Shown here: one piece after another, positions 51,369 through 59,509 of the stretch
Layout: each line of letters starts with the position of its first letter
Numbering within the stretch: the first letter of the stretch is position 1
From: an uncultured Woeseiaceae bacterium
Lineage (GTDB): Bacteria > Pseudomonadota > Gammaproteobacteria > Steroidobacterales > Woeseiaceae
Length of the DNA stretch: 64,000 nucleotides
Direction of reading: 5' to 3'
Assembly (NCBI GenBank): GCA_964427415.1
Contig: CAYRUH010000006.1
Location: 7,426 to 71,425 of the forward strand
Made by a program: the position numbers and the translations under genes
Notes under the pieces: generated by a model
Database searches by the model: none
Seen by the model: only the letters and a program-made list of their open reading frames with translations
What the model was told of the DNA's origin: nothing

Positions 51369-53915
51369 TCATGGCGGCGATACCGAAAAAGTCGCCGTCA
51401 CCGTGCGCGGTCCGTCCATGCTCTGGATGAAACAGCCCTCCTCGCCCTGGTCTTCGTCGCAGCCGCTCCAGCCGATACCGGTGGTGCCGGGTTCGGGAAT
51501 GGGGGTAAGCAGTACCGCCATGCCCAACGGAATTTCCTCGTCGCAGTCGTTGCCGTTCGTTCCGCACAGGATGCCGCCATCGGCGCCGCGGACGGTACCG
51601 CCGGGCCCGCCATTGATCAACACCTGCACGGTCAGCAGGGCGGTTTCTGTAGCAGTGTCGGTAACGTTCACACTCTCCGTCGTTTCGCTCGTGTTGCCAG
51701 CGTTGTCGGTGATTCTCAAGCGCGCCAGGTAGCTACCGGCGGCCGGATAACTGTGGCTCACGCTTTGGCCGCTGGCATCGAAGCTGCCGTCATCCTCAAA
51801 ATCCCACTGGTGGCTGGCGATGTCACCGGTCGAGTCCGCGGCGTCGAAGACGATGTTGGCATCGACGGTGGCGGGGTTCGGCGTGACGGTAAAGCTGGCG
51901 AGCAGTTCTGTTGGTGGCTCTCCCGGCTCTTCCGGCTCGCCGCGGCCGAAGCGGATCTTGCAATGCGTCGGGCCATTGACCTGCACGCTGGTAGTCAACA
52001 AGCCGGGGAAGCCGGTGCAGTCCCATTGCCATTGCGATTCACTGACAGAGGAGTTTTCATCCGGCGTCGCGGTCAGGGTCACCGTGGTGCCGGCCGGCAG
52101 ATTCTGCCAGCACATGATGCCGCGGCAATAGAGGGTTTGGTCGATGTCGGTGGTGGGGTCGGTGCCGCTGACGTCGCTGGTCACCTCGCCGCTGCCGAGG
52201 CCCTGTTTGTAAACGATGAGCCGGTGACCGATATCATTCACGCAGCTGTTGTCATCGCCCAGGGTCAGCACCGGTGTGGCACCCAGCGCGTTGATGCCGG
52301 TGCCGTCCCCGCGTTGGCCAGAAAGATTGTCGCCCCAGGCGTAGACGCGGCTGCCCAGGTCACGGCCCGTACCCGCTTCCTGGCAGGCGTTGATGTGGCG
52401 CCCAACGCTGACCGCCATGGCGTGGGAAGCACCCGCGGCGATCTGCCTGACGCCATCGAAATCGTTGTTGATCAACGGCGTGCTCAAGGCCTGGATGGGG
52501 GCAGGTTCCTGGACGACGCCGGCAATGCCCAGGCCGCCGCCCTGGCCCAAGCCAACGTCGCCCCATATCCAGACACTGCCTTCCGGGTCGCCGGTAACGG
52601 GGTCGCCGACGACTGCCGCCATACCAAATGCCCCGCCCGCGGCGATGCGCGAGACATTGCGCAAACCCGGAATGACGGCTGGCTCTGGGTCGCGGTCATT
52701 CGCAATGTCGGTGACACGCCCAAGCTGATTGCTATCGTTATCTCCCCAACTCCAGACACGATTTTCTCCATCGAGCGCCAGATAGAACGATCTCGCACCT
52801 ATCGATTCAGCGCCACCGGCCGCGATCTCACGTATATCCGGTAAACCATCTTTCACCTCCATGCTGTAACCTTCCGTGACAAGATCCTCGGGCTGATAAG
52901 CCTCCCAAACTTGATTGCTGTCATCCAGCGCCAAAAAGCCACCGCCGACATTGCGACCTCCTCCCGCGGCGATCGCCCTGATCCCATCGAGAAAGCCGTC
53001 TGCGGTAGGAATTGCAACCGGCACGAAGCCGTTATCCGGATAGACGGATTCGCCCTCTCGCTCGCGCACCCAGAGGGTCGTCAAAACGCCCCAGCCGAAA
53101 ACCTGGCCGTCACTGCGTAGCGCATACGACATGTCGTCGCCGGCCGCTACCGCCACGATATTGCCCAAGCCTGAGACCTGCACGGGAGTCTCTCGATCGG
53201 TATTAGTGCCGTCACCGAGAATACCGTCAATGTTTCTGCCCCAAGCCCATACCGCACCATCGGAATCCACAGCGACCGAATGAGAAGTCCCGCCGGCAAT
53301 CGCAACAATGTTGCTCAGATTGGCGATCCGCGCCGGCTGTGAACGATCTCGCCGAGAGCCATCGCCCAACTGGCCGCGGTCATTCGAACCCCAGGCCCAG
53401 ACACTGCCATCAGCGGTCAGCGCCAGAGAATGGGCCTCACCGGCCGCCAATTCGACGACCGGCGGCGCGGCTGCGGGCGATGCCAGAAACAGGTTGACGG
53501 GCACCTTCAAGGGCGTGCTGCCGCGGAATCCGCTCGCAGCGTAGTGATCATACTCGTGGTCGTCGGCGCTCAACCCCGCGTCAACGGTGCGCCACTCGCA
53601 GCCGACGTCGAAATCAGAGTCGGGGCAGGCTTCCGACGGGCCGATGTTGAGATACCGGGCCAACAACTCGGTTATGGTCAGTGTGCCGAAATCAAAACCC
53701 ACCGGATCGCCGGTAAAGGAGTCGACCGCGGTTGTTTCGACGGTTTCGCTTTCCCCCGGTCTTAGGACGACGGCCACGGGTTGCGATTGAAGAGTTGTGT
53801 TGTCGCCGATGGGAGTCGCTTCACCTCCTCCGACGTTGCCCTGCCCGCACCCGGCGAGAACGAGCAGCAAGAAAATGGCCATCAGGCGGGTCTTGTTGAT
53901 TGTTGCTTGGATCAT
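51369..53915 (-). CDS. RCC1-repeat (beta-propeller) lipoprotein with a PKD domain and two Cys-containing beta-repeat modules
   Basis: Start at ATG 53915 (MIQATINKTRLMAIFLLLVLAGCGQ lipobox). Repeated xVWAWGxNxxGQLGDG units (SVWAWGSNDRGQLGDG, AVWAWGRNIDGILGDG, RVWSWGDNDSNQLG, RVYAWGDNLSGQRGDG). The PKD-like segment is FTVTPNPATVDANIVFDAADS...HQWDFEDDG...SHSYPAAGSYLARLRITDNAGN. Confidence 0.85.
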   Translation of the reverse strand: MIQATINKTRLMAIFLLLVLAGCGQGNVGGGEATPIGDNTTLQSQPVAVVLRPGESETVETTAVDSFTGDPVGFDFGTLTITELLARYLNIGPSEACPDSDFDVGCEWRTVDAGLSADDHEYDHYAASGFRGSTPLKVPVNLFLASPAAAPPVVELAAGEAHSLALTADGSVWAWGSNDRGQLGDGSRRDRSQPARIANLSNIVAIAGGTSHSVAVDSDGAVWAWGRNIDGILGDGTNTDRETPVQVSGLGNIVAVAAGDDMSYALRSDGQVFGWGVLTTLWVREREGESVYPDNGFVPVAIPTADGFLDGIRAIAAGGGRNVGGGFLALDDSNQVWEAYQPEDLVTEGYSMEVKDGLPDIREIAAGGAESIGARSFYLALDGENRVWSWGDNDSNQLGRVTDIANDRDPEPAVIPGLRNVSRIAAGGAFGMAAVVGDPVTGDPEGSVWIWGDVGLGQGGGLGIAGVVQEPAPIQALSTPLINNDFDGVRQIAAGASHAMAVSVGRHINACQEAGTGRDLGSRVYAWGDNLSGQRGDGTGINALGATPVLTLGDDNSCVNDIGHRLIVYKQGLGSGEVTSDVSGTDPTTDIDQTLYCRGIMCWQNLPAGTTVTLTATPDENSSVSESQWQWDCTGFPGLLTTSVQVNGPTHCKIRFGRGEPEEPGEPPTELLASFTVTPNPATVDANIVFDAADSTGDIASHQWDFEDDGSFDASGQSVSHSYPAAGSYLARLRITDNAGNTSETTESVNVTDTATETALLTVQVLINGGPGGTVRGADGGILCGTNGNDCDEEIPLGMAVLLTPIPEPGTTGIGWSGCDEDQGEEGCFIQSMDGPRTVTATFSVSPP

Positions 53916-54054
53916 TGTTGGCTCCTTCGTCCTTGTAGGGAGTGCCCGACGGCATGTCGCTGGATCGATCCCCCCGAAGTCGAAAGGCACGACTCTAGCG
54001 GCGAGTTCTTGTATCAACTAGTATCGTTTCTGTAGTAACTCAGGAGCCGCGGCG

Positions 54055-54825
54055 ATGCCAACGCGTACACCGACGTCATCTACCTACGGACAATATTGTC
54101 CCCTTGCCCTCGCCGCCGAGCTGTTGTGCCGACGTTGGTCGATCCTGGTGATCAGCCGCGTGTTGGACGGCTGCCGGACGTACAGCGAGATCCATAGAGG
54201 CGTACCGAAGATCTCGCCGTCGCTGCTGTCGACGCGTCTGTCGGAGCTCGAGGATGCCGGGCTGATCCGGCGCGAAAAAATTAAGGGTGAGAAACGCTAT
54301 CGGTATCTGCCGACCGACGCTGGTGCGGACCTTGAGCCCGTGATCAACAGCATGGCTGTCTGGGGTCAGCAGTGGTCGCGGGATATGAAGATGGATGATC
54401 TCGATCCCGCTTTCCTCGCCTGGAGCATGTCAACGCGCATCGACATCGACGCAATGCCGCCGGGGCGTACCGTGATCGAGTTCGAGTTCTCTGGAACACC
54501 GGCCGGACTTCGGCGCTTCTGGTTGATTAGCGAAGACGGCAAGATCGACATGTGTTTGAAGGACCCGGGCTACGAGACAGATTTGTACGTCCGGTCGAAC
54601 ATGCGTCGATTCGTTGAGGCGTGGCGCGGTTTTCGCGATCTCAGAGCGGAGATACGCGCCGGCACTATTCGCTTGACGGGACCGAAAGCACTACGTTCGG
54701 CATTCCCGAACTGGATGCTGTTGAGCGGTCTTGCGATTCATCGACGCCGCGCGACTGGCCGCGAAAGCAAGTTGAGCGAATGCGGTCGAACGGTCAGGTT
54801 GAAACAGCGCGCTACAAAAGCATAG
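54055..54825 (+). CDS. HxlR-family winged-helix transcriptional regulator with a C-terminal extension
   Basis: 256-aa ORF. YCPLALAAELLCRRWSILVISRVLDGCRTYSEIHRGVPKISPSLLSTRLSELEDAGLI is the HxlR signature. Divergent from the RCC1 lipoprotein gene. Confidence 0.85.
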   Translation: MPTRTPTSSTYGQYCPLALAAELLCRRWSILVISRVLDGCRTYSEIHRGVPKISPSLLSTRLSELEDAGLIRREKIKGEKRYRYLPTDAGADLEPVINSMAVWGQQWSRDMKMDDLDPAFLAWSMSTRIDIDAMPPGRTVIEFEFSGTPAGLRRFWLISEDGKIDMCLKDPGYETDLYVRSNMRRFVEAWRGFRDLRAEIRAGTIRLTGPKALRSAFPNWMLLSGLAIHRRRATGRESKLSECGRTVRLKQRATKA

Positions 54826-54978
54826 CTGAAGCGGAAACCGGATTAATGCCCATTTGACCGACTGGGCCGAGGCCGGTGCATTCGAGAACGCCGCGGCCGC
54901 AACGATCGCGGCAGAACTTGCGGTATCTGATGAACGGTCCTTTACTATTCCCTGCAAGGCCATTTCGCAACCAGTGAC

Positions 54979-55726
54979 TAGCCTCAATGTCGCAATAAAT
55001 CAGGCCGCGATCGCCCGTTCGACGGCCTGAAACCGCTCCCGGATAATCGCGTTGCTGCCGACATCGAGGGTTGATCGGCCGTCGGGCCGCACGAGCAGGC
55101 CGGCCCGATTGATGAACTGATAACGCAAGGTGTGAATCGACTGGAACAGGCGGATCGTGCGGCGCTTGCGGTTCGAGCCTCGGCGCTCCGTTGTCCGGGT
55201 CTGCAGCGCGCGCATCAGATTGAACGCGAGAATGCTCATGATCTGCGAGGCGCTGTTGGCCTCGTAGCGCTGCGTCGGCACGCAGTCGAAGGCAAAGCCG
55301 CCCTTGAGCTCGCCGTAAACCTTCTCGTGAGTCCCGCGGCCGCAGAGGAAGAACCACAAGGTTCGCCCCGAGACCGGCTTGTTGGTCACGATCACCAGCA
55401 CCAAAAGCATCATTGGCACCGAACCGAAATCGCTGGCCGGCAACGCCGCCGGGGCGCCGCGCAGATGACCCTTGAAATCCAGCGCTCGAAGAAACCGGGC
55501 GATCAGCTCCAGCCCGGCGAACGACGTCAGCCCTGGCGCCTCGTAGCGCAGCGACAAATCTCCATTGATCCGGCGCCGCAAATCTGCTCTGCTTAACCTC
55601 ACGAGATGTGGCCTCTCCTGGATGGCTTTGTTTAGGTCTGCAAACCCAACAATACCAGCAGTGACGCCCATCTCGCCTTATCCCTTCACCCGATCAATCG
55701 CCCGGTTTTTGCAACATCGAGGTTAA
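54979..55726 (-). mobile_element. IS1380-family insertion sequence remnant (about 0.75 kb, internally deleted; transposase ORF 55000..55671)
   Basis: The 223-aa ORF keeps the N-terminal LTSFAGLELI motif. It also keeps the C-terminal R-x3-E-x6-K box (GRGTHEKVYGELK), the ANSASQIMSILAFNL segment and the TLRYQFINRAGLLVR tail. The central DDE region (about half the expected length) is missing. Terminal repeats are CCTCAATGTCGCAATAAATCAG (left) and TTTTTGCAACATCGAGG (right). Exact ends are uncertain by 3 nt either way. Confidence 0.75.
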
Positions 55727-55861
55727 CTATATCTATTTGACGATTATGTCATGAGAGAAAACTATCACAAGCGGCGAATAATGGATGAGGCGCGTCGGCA
55801 AGTTCCCGAATACTCTGAGGCTGATGGGGAGATATGTTTCGCGAACCAGTAGGCAGGATAT

Positions 55862-56050
55862 TTGACGTCATCGCAGCCGCCCAAATTGCTTGATCGGGTC
55901 CGCGAAACGATCCGGTTGCACCAGTACAGTGATCAAACAGAGAAGGCATATGTCAGCTGGATTCGACGCTGAATCATCTTCCACGGAAAGCGCCAGCCGG
56001 CGGACCTGGGCGCGATGGAGGCCACCGCTCGACGCGTGGAAGCTGGGGCG
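55862..56050 (+). pseudogene. intI: integron-integrase-type tyrosine recombinase, N-terminal SAM-like domain remnant
   Basis: My translation from TTG 55862 is LTSSQPPKLLDRVRETIRLHQYSDQTEKAYVSWIRR*IIFHGKRQPADLGAMEATA. It aligns residue for residue with the IntI1 segment [49 protein letters not shown]. An in-frame TGA replaces the conserved Phe. Homology is lost after about 56010, and the catalytic domain is absent because the next gene ends at 56107. Confidence 0.7.
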
Positions 56051-56106
56051 TTAACGCGGTGAGGAGTCCGATGGATACGTGATCCGGGCTTGCAGCTCTG
56101 CCGGCT

Positions 56107-58833
56107 TCAGCTTTGCTGGTCCAGCGCGCGGCGGAACGGCGCGATGATCCACTCCTGCATGCCGTCGCGTTCCATCGCGGCGATGGTCTTGCGGAGCAGC
56201 GCGGTGCCTTCTTCCCGGCGGCCGTCGAGAAGCAGCGCCCAGCCCCTGAGCGCATCGATGCGTGCCGGCCACTCATCGCCCGGGCTGCCCGCGGCGAGCT
56301 GCGCGGGGTCGAGGCCGTCGATCAGCGCCGTCGCCGCTCCGCCGTCGCCCGTGTCGAGCAGCCCCTGCGCCAGATAGTAGTTCATCACCTGCACGCCGGG
56401 AGTGCCCGGGCCCATCATGCGCTCGAAGACGTCGCGCGCGGCGACAAGTCTCGGGATGGCGTTACCGGCCTCGCCCAGCTGGACCAGGATGACGCCTTCA
56501 TTGCCTCCCGCCATGACGCAGGTGAGGTGGTCCGCGCCCTGAGTGGCACAGGTCGTTGCGCGCACATCGCTGATCAACGGCAGGGCTTCGGCCCAGCGCC
56601 CGCCCGCCGCGTAGAGATTACCGAGCACACTCTTGCCTTCTGCCAGTTGGTTCGAACCAGGGCCGAAGGCCGCGGCCAGTGCGCGGACGGCCTGGTTGAG
56701 CGCGAGCTCGGCGTCCTCGAGTCGTCCGGCATGCAGTAGCGCAGCGCCATAATGCAGTATTGCCGTCGCGCGGCTCGAGTCGGCGACGCCTGCCTCCGCG
56801 AAGCGCGCTTCATCCTGCAGCGATTCGAGCAAATCCACCGCTTCGTCCTGGCGGCCGCTGCGGACATACCCCTGAGCAAGGTCCAGTTTGAGCCCGTGTC
56901 TGGCGCGCGCGTTGTCCGGCCCCGCACGATCGAGCCGCGCCAGCGCTTCTTCGTAATAGGTCACGGCCGGTTCGATCTGCGCCTGCATCAGGTGCAGGCG
57001 TCCGCGCGCACGCGCCGCGGCGAGGGCGACGGCGTCGTCCTGCTCGAGCAGCGCCGCGGCATGCCGGTCGGCGTCATCCAGAACCTCGGCTGCTGCGGCG
57101 TAGTCAGAGGCGTTGACCAGCGATTCGCCGAGCCGGTAACCGGCCACGAGCGTCCGTGGATGATCGGGCCCGAGCATCGTTGCAAACAGTGACGCCACCC
57201 GGCGGTGATGTTCAGCGGCGGTCCTGAAGTCCTGGAGGCCGGTGTAGATTTCCCCCGCAGTCTCGCGGATCGTCGCTTCCATGGCGGGATCGGCGGCGAA
57301 ACGGGCCTCGATGCGATCCGCCGCACGGGAGAGCGCTTCCCGCAGCGTCGCGTCATAGCCGGCGCCGGGTTCACGCGGATCCGCATTTATCATGATGTCG
57401 CGCAGGAACGTTGCCGTGGCCTCGGCGCGTGCGGCCTGTTCCAGGGCTGTGTGCTGAGCCGCTCTCGCCCGCAGAAAGAGGAGGCTGCTGGCGGCAACGC
57501 CAACCAGCAGTACGACGCCTGCCGCAATGGCCCAGGGACGGCGCGAGCGGGCGCGCTCGAGCGCCGCCTGGGCGGCGAGTGCCCGTGATTCCGCTGCTTC
57601 CAGTCGTGCGCGCTCGCGACGGCGCTCCTCGAGCCCGCGCAGGCGCTGCGCCAGTTCAGAGGCAGAGACGATTCGCTGCGCGGGATTGCCGGCGGTCGCC
57701 CCGGCGATATCCAGTGCGACCAGCTCGTCGGCAATGTCGCTTTCCCAGCCGGTGGTGAGCGGTCTGCCGAGGTCGGCCGCGAGTATCTGATACAGCAGCA
57801 TGCCGAGTGCGTAGACGTCGCTCTTTACCGTGGCTGCCTCGCCGGCGATGATCTCCGGGGCGATATAAAGCGGGGTGCCGAAGCTCGAATCGCTGGTGGA
57901 GTCCACCGTCCGCGTGAGCCCGAGGGGCGTCACGCCCAGTTCGCCCAGTCGTCCGGGTTCCATCAGGCGGCCGCTGCCGAAATCGGTGAGCCGCACCTGC
58001 ACTCTGCCGTCGCCATCCTCTTCGATCAGGATGTTGGCGGGTTTCAGGTCCTTGTGCAGCACGCCCACGTCATGGGCGGCGGCGACTGCGTCGATCGCCT
58101 GCAGGGCAAGCTCCAGTCGTGCCTGCGGCGCCAGTGCGGCGAGCCTGGCGTTATCTTCAGCCCAGGCCGGCAGACTGTCTCCGCCATACTCGCACTCGAG
58201 AAAAAACGGCTCGCTTTCGAAGTTCCAGTCGACGACACGCACGATATCGGCGCGCTCACCGAGTGCTTCGCGCAGGATGCGTGAGAGCGTCGCCTCGCGC
58301 TTGAGCGCGGCCAGTCTTTCGCCGTCCGGGCTGAACTTGTAGACCCGGTGCTCGCCGGTCTTGCCGTGGCGGGCGAGCCATACCTCGCTGGCGCCGGCGC
58401 CGGAAAGCTGGCGCGTCAGGCGGAAGTTCGGCCGGCCGGGAACAGCCTGACCGGTCTTCAGGTCGTGCTGGCTGACGAGACGCCGGCCCGCCGCGACACG
58501 CTCCACCTTGCCATCGAGTCGGTATCCGATGCGGGGCTTGGTGACGATGAATCCGGCGTTGGCCTCGCCGAGTGCCTTGCGCAATTTGGCCACCGCATTG
58601 GCAAGCACATTCTCGACAGTGATGCGGCCTTCCCAGACGGTGTCGAGGAGTTCTTCCTTGGTGACGACTTCGCCGGCATGACGGAGCAGGGTACTCAGCA
58701 CCTCGAGGGGGCGGCGTTCGAGCTCGACGGGCAGTCCGGCCACCCGCAGCTCGAAGCGCGATTCGTCAAACTCTGCCGCGCCGAAACGGTAGAGATAAAG
58801 CGCCCCGTGGCGCGACGGCTCCGAATCGCTCAT
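56107..58833 (-). CDS. hybrid regulator: OmpR/PhoB-type winged-helix DNA-binding domain + Ser/Thr protein kinase + TM segment + TPR sensor region
   Basis: 908-aa ORF. wHTH: LEVLSTLLRHAGEVVTKEELLDTVW...TKPRIGYRL. Kinase: G-loop SGAGASEVW, VYKF lysine, HKDLKPANIL, TDFGSG, YIAPE. TM: WAIAAGVVLLVGVAASSLLFL. About 430 aa of TPR-like repeats follow. Confidence 0.85.
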   Translation of the reverse strand: MSDSEPSRHGALYLYRFGAAEFDESRFELRVAGLPVELERRPLEVLSTLLRHAGEVVTKEELLDTVWEGRITVENVLANAVAKLRKALGEANAGFIVTKPRIGYRLDGKVERVAAGRRLVSQHDLKTGQAVPGRPNFRLTRQLSGAGASEVWLARHGKTGEHRVYKFSPDGERLAALKREATLSRILREALGERADIVRVVDWNFESEPFFLECEYGGDSLPAWAEDNARLAALAPQARLELALQAIDAVAAAHDVGVLHKDLKPANILIEEDGDGRVQVRLTDFGSGRLMEPGRLGELGVTPLGLTRTVDSTSDSSFGTPLYIAPEIIAGEAATVKSDVYALGMLLYQILAADLGRPLTTGWESDIADELVALDIAGATAGNPAQRIVSASELAQRLRGLEERRRERARLEAAESRALAAQAALERARSRRPWAIAAGVVLLVGVAASSLLFLRARAAQHTALEQAARAEATATFLRDIMINADPREPGAGYDATLREALSRAADRIEARFAADPAMEATIRETAGEIYTGLQDFRTAAEHHRRVASLFATMLGPDHPRTLVAGYRLGESLVNASDYAAAAEVLDDADRHAAALLEQDDAVALAAARARGRLHLMQAQIEPAVTYYEEALARLDRAGPDNARARHGLKLDLAQGYVRSGRQDEAVDLLESLQDEARFAEAGVADSSRATAILHYGAALLHAGRLEDAELALNQAVRALAAAFGPGSNQLAEGKSVLGNLYAAGGRWAEALPLISDVRATTCATQGADHLTCVMAGGNEGVILVQLGEAGNAIPRLVAARDVFERMMGPGTPGVQVMNYYLAQGLLDTGDGGAATALIDGLDPAQLAAGSPGDEWPARIDALRGWALLLDGRREEGTALLRKTIAAMERDGMQEWIIAPFRRALDQQS

Positions 58834-58957
58834 GGGACTTGCCGCTCCCTGTCTGGAATGCGCCCAGAGGTGATGGCCGGCGCGTCAACGCGTTCCGCGC
58901 GTCTTCCGAAGCGCCGTGGGCAGACACAAGCCTCTGATCCGTCGCAACAATCTAGCG

Positions 58958-58977
58958 CGTTAGCAATCCGTTAGCAA
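58958..58977. promoter_or_regulatory. Tandem direct repeat CGTTAGCAA-n2-CGTTAGCAA (11-bp period); candidate binding site for the adjacent winged-helix regulator
   Basis: Read directly at 58958-58966 and 58969-58977. It lies in the 289-bp divergent intergenic region between the hybrid regulator (start 58833) and the membrane-protein/lipoprotein pair (start 59123). Confidence 0.4.
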
Positions 58978-59122
58978 CGCGTGAAGGTTTCGGTGACGGA
59001 CTGCGTCATCTTGCTGCGTGGCGGCCCCTATCAGAGGGATAGCGGAGTCTCCCGCGCCAGGCAGCGCGGCCGCCGCGCATCAAGTGAGCATCGAACGTGG
59101 AAACAGAAGAAGGAATAACGAC

Positions 59123-59509
59123 ATGAAAATTGCAATCGTCATACTGGCTGTTCTCGGGGCGCTGTCCTCGGGGTTTCTGGGGGTCAACTGGATGAACGAT
59201 CTGGGCGCGCTTGGCGAGATGAGCGAGCTGGAACGGATGGCGGCCAAGTCCATGGCTGCCGCGCAGGGACAGTCGCTGGACAAGATGGGCGCGGCGGCCT
59301 TCATCCTCATCTTCGGCGCCATGGCGGGATTCGTCGGCGCCTTCTTCGCGATGAAGAATCGCCACTCGCTCGCCGGCGGGCTGCTCCTCGGCGCCGGCAT
59401 CCTGCCCGTTCTGGTCCAGCCGCAGGCCGTGGTGTTCACGGCGTTACTGATCATCGGCGGTGGGCTCGCGTTTTTCATGCATTCGAAGAGCAAGGCGGTA
59501 GCATCATGA
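59123..59509 (+). CDS. hypothetical integral membrane protein (4 TM)
   Basis: 128 aa from ATG 59123 (MKIAIVILAVLGALSSGFLGV...). GGAATAA SD-like sequence upstream. ATGA overlap with the next ORF. Confidence 0.6.
   Translation: MKIAIVILAVLGALSSGFLGVNWMNDLGALGEMSELERMAAKSMAAAQGQSLDKMGAAAFILIFGAMAGFVGAFFAMKNRHSLAGGLLLGAGILPVLVQPQAVVFTALLIIGGGLAFFMHSKSKAVAS

Noticed and set aside
54977-55729. Possible 4-bp target-site duplication ACTA flanking the IS1380 remnant.
   Set aside because: The left ACTA overlaps what the 75-bp miniature copy suggests is part of the terminal repeat (TAACC / TAGCC). The duplication therefore depends on an arbitrary choice of IS ends.
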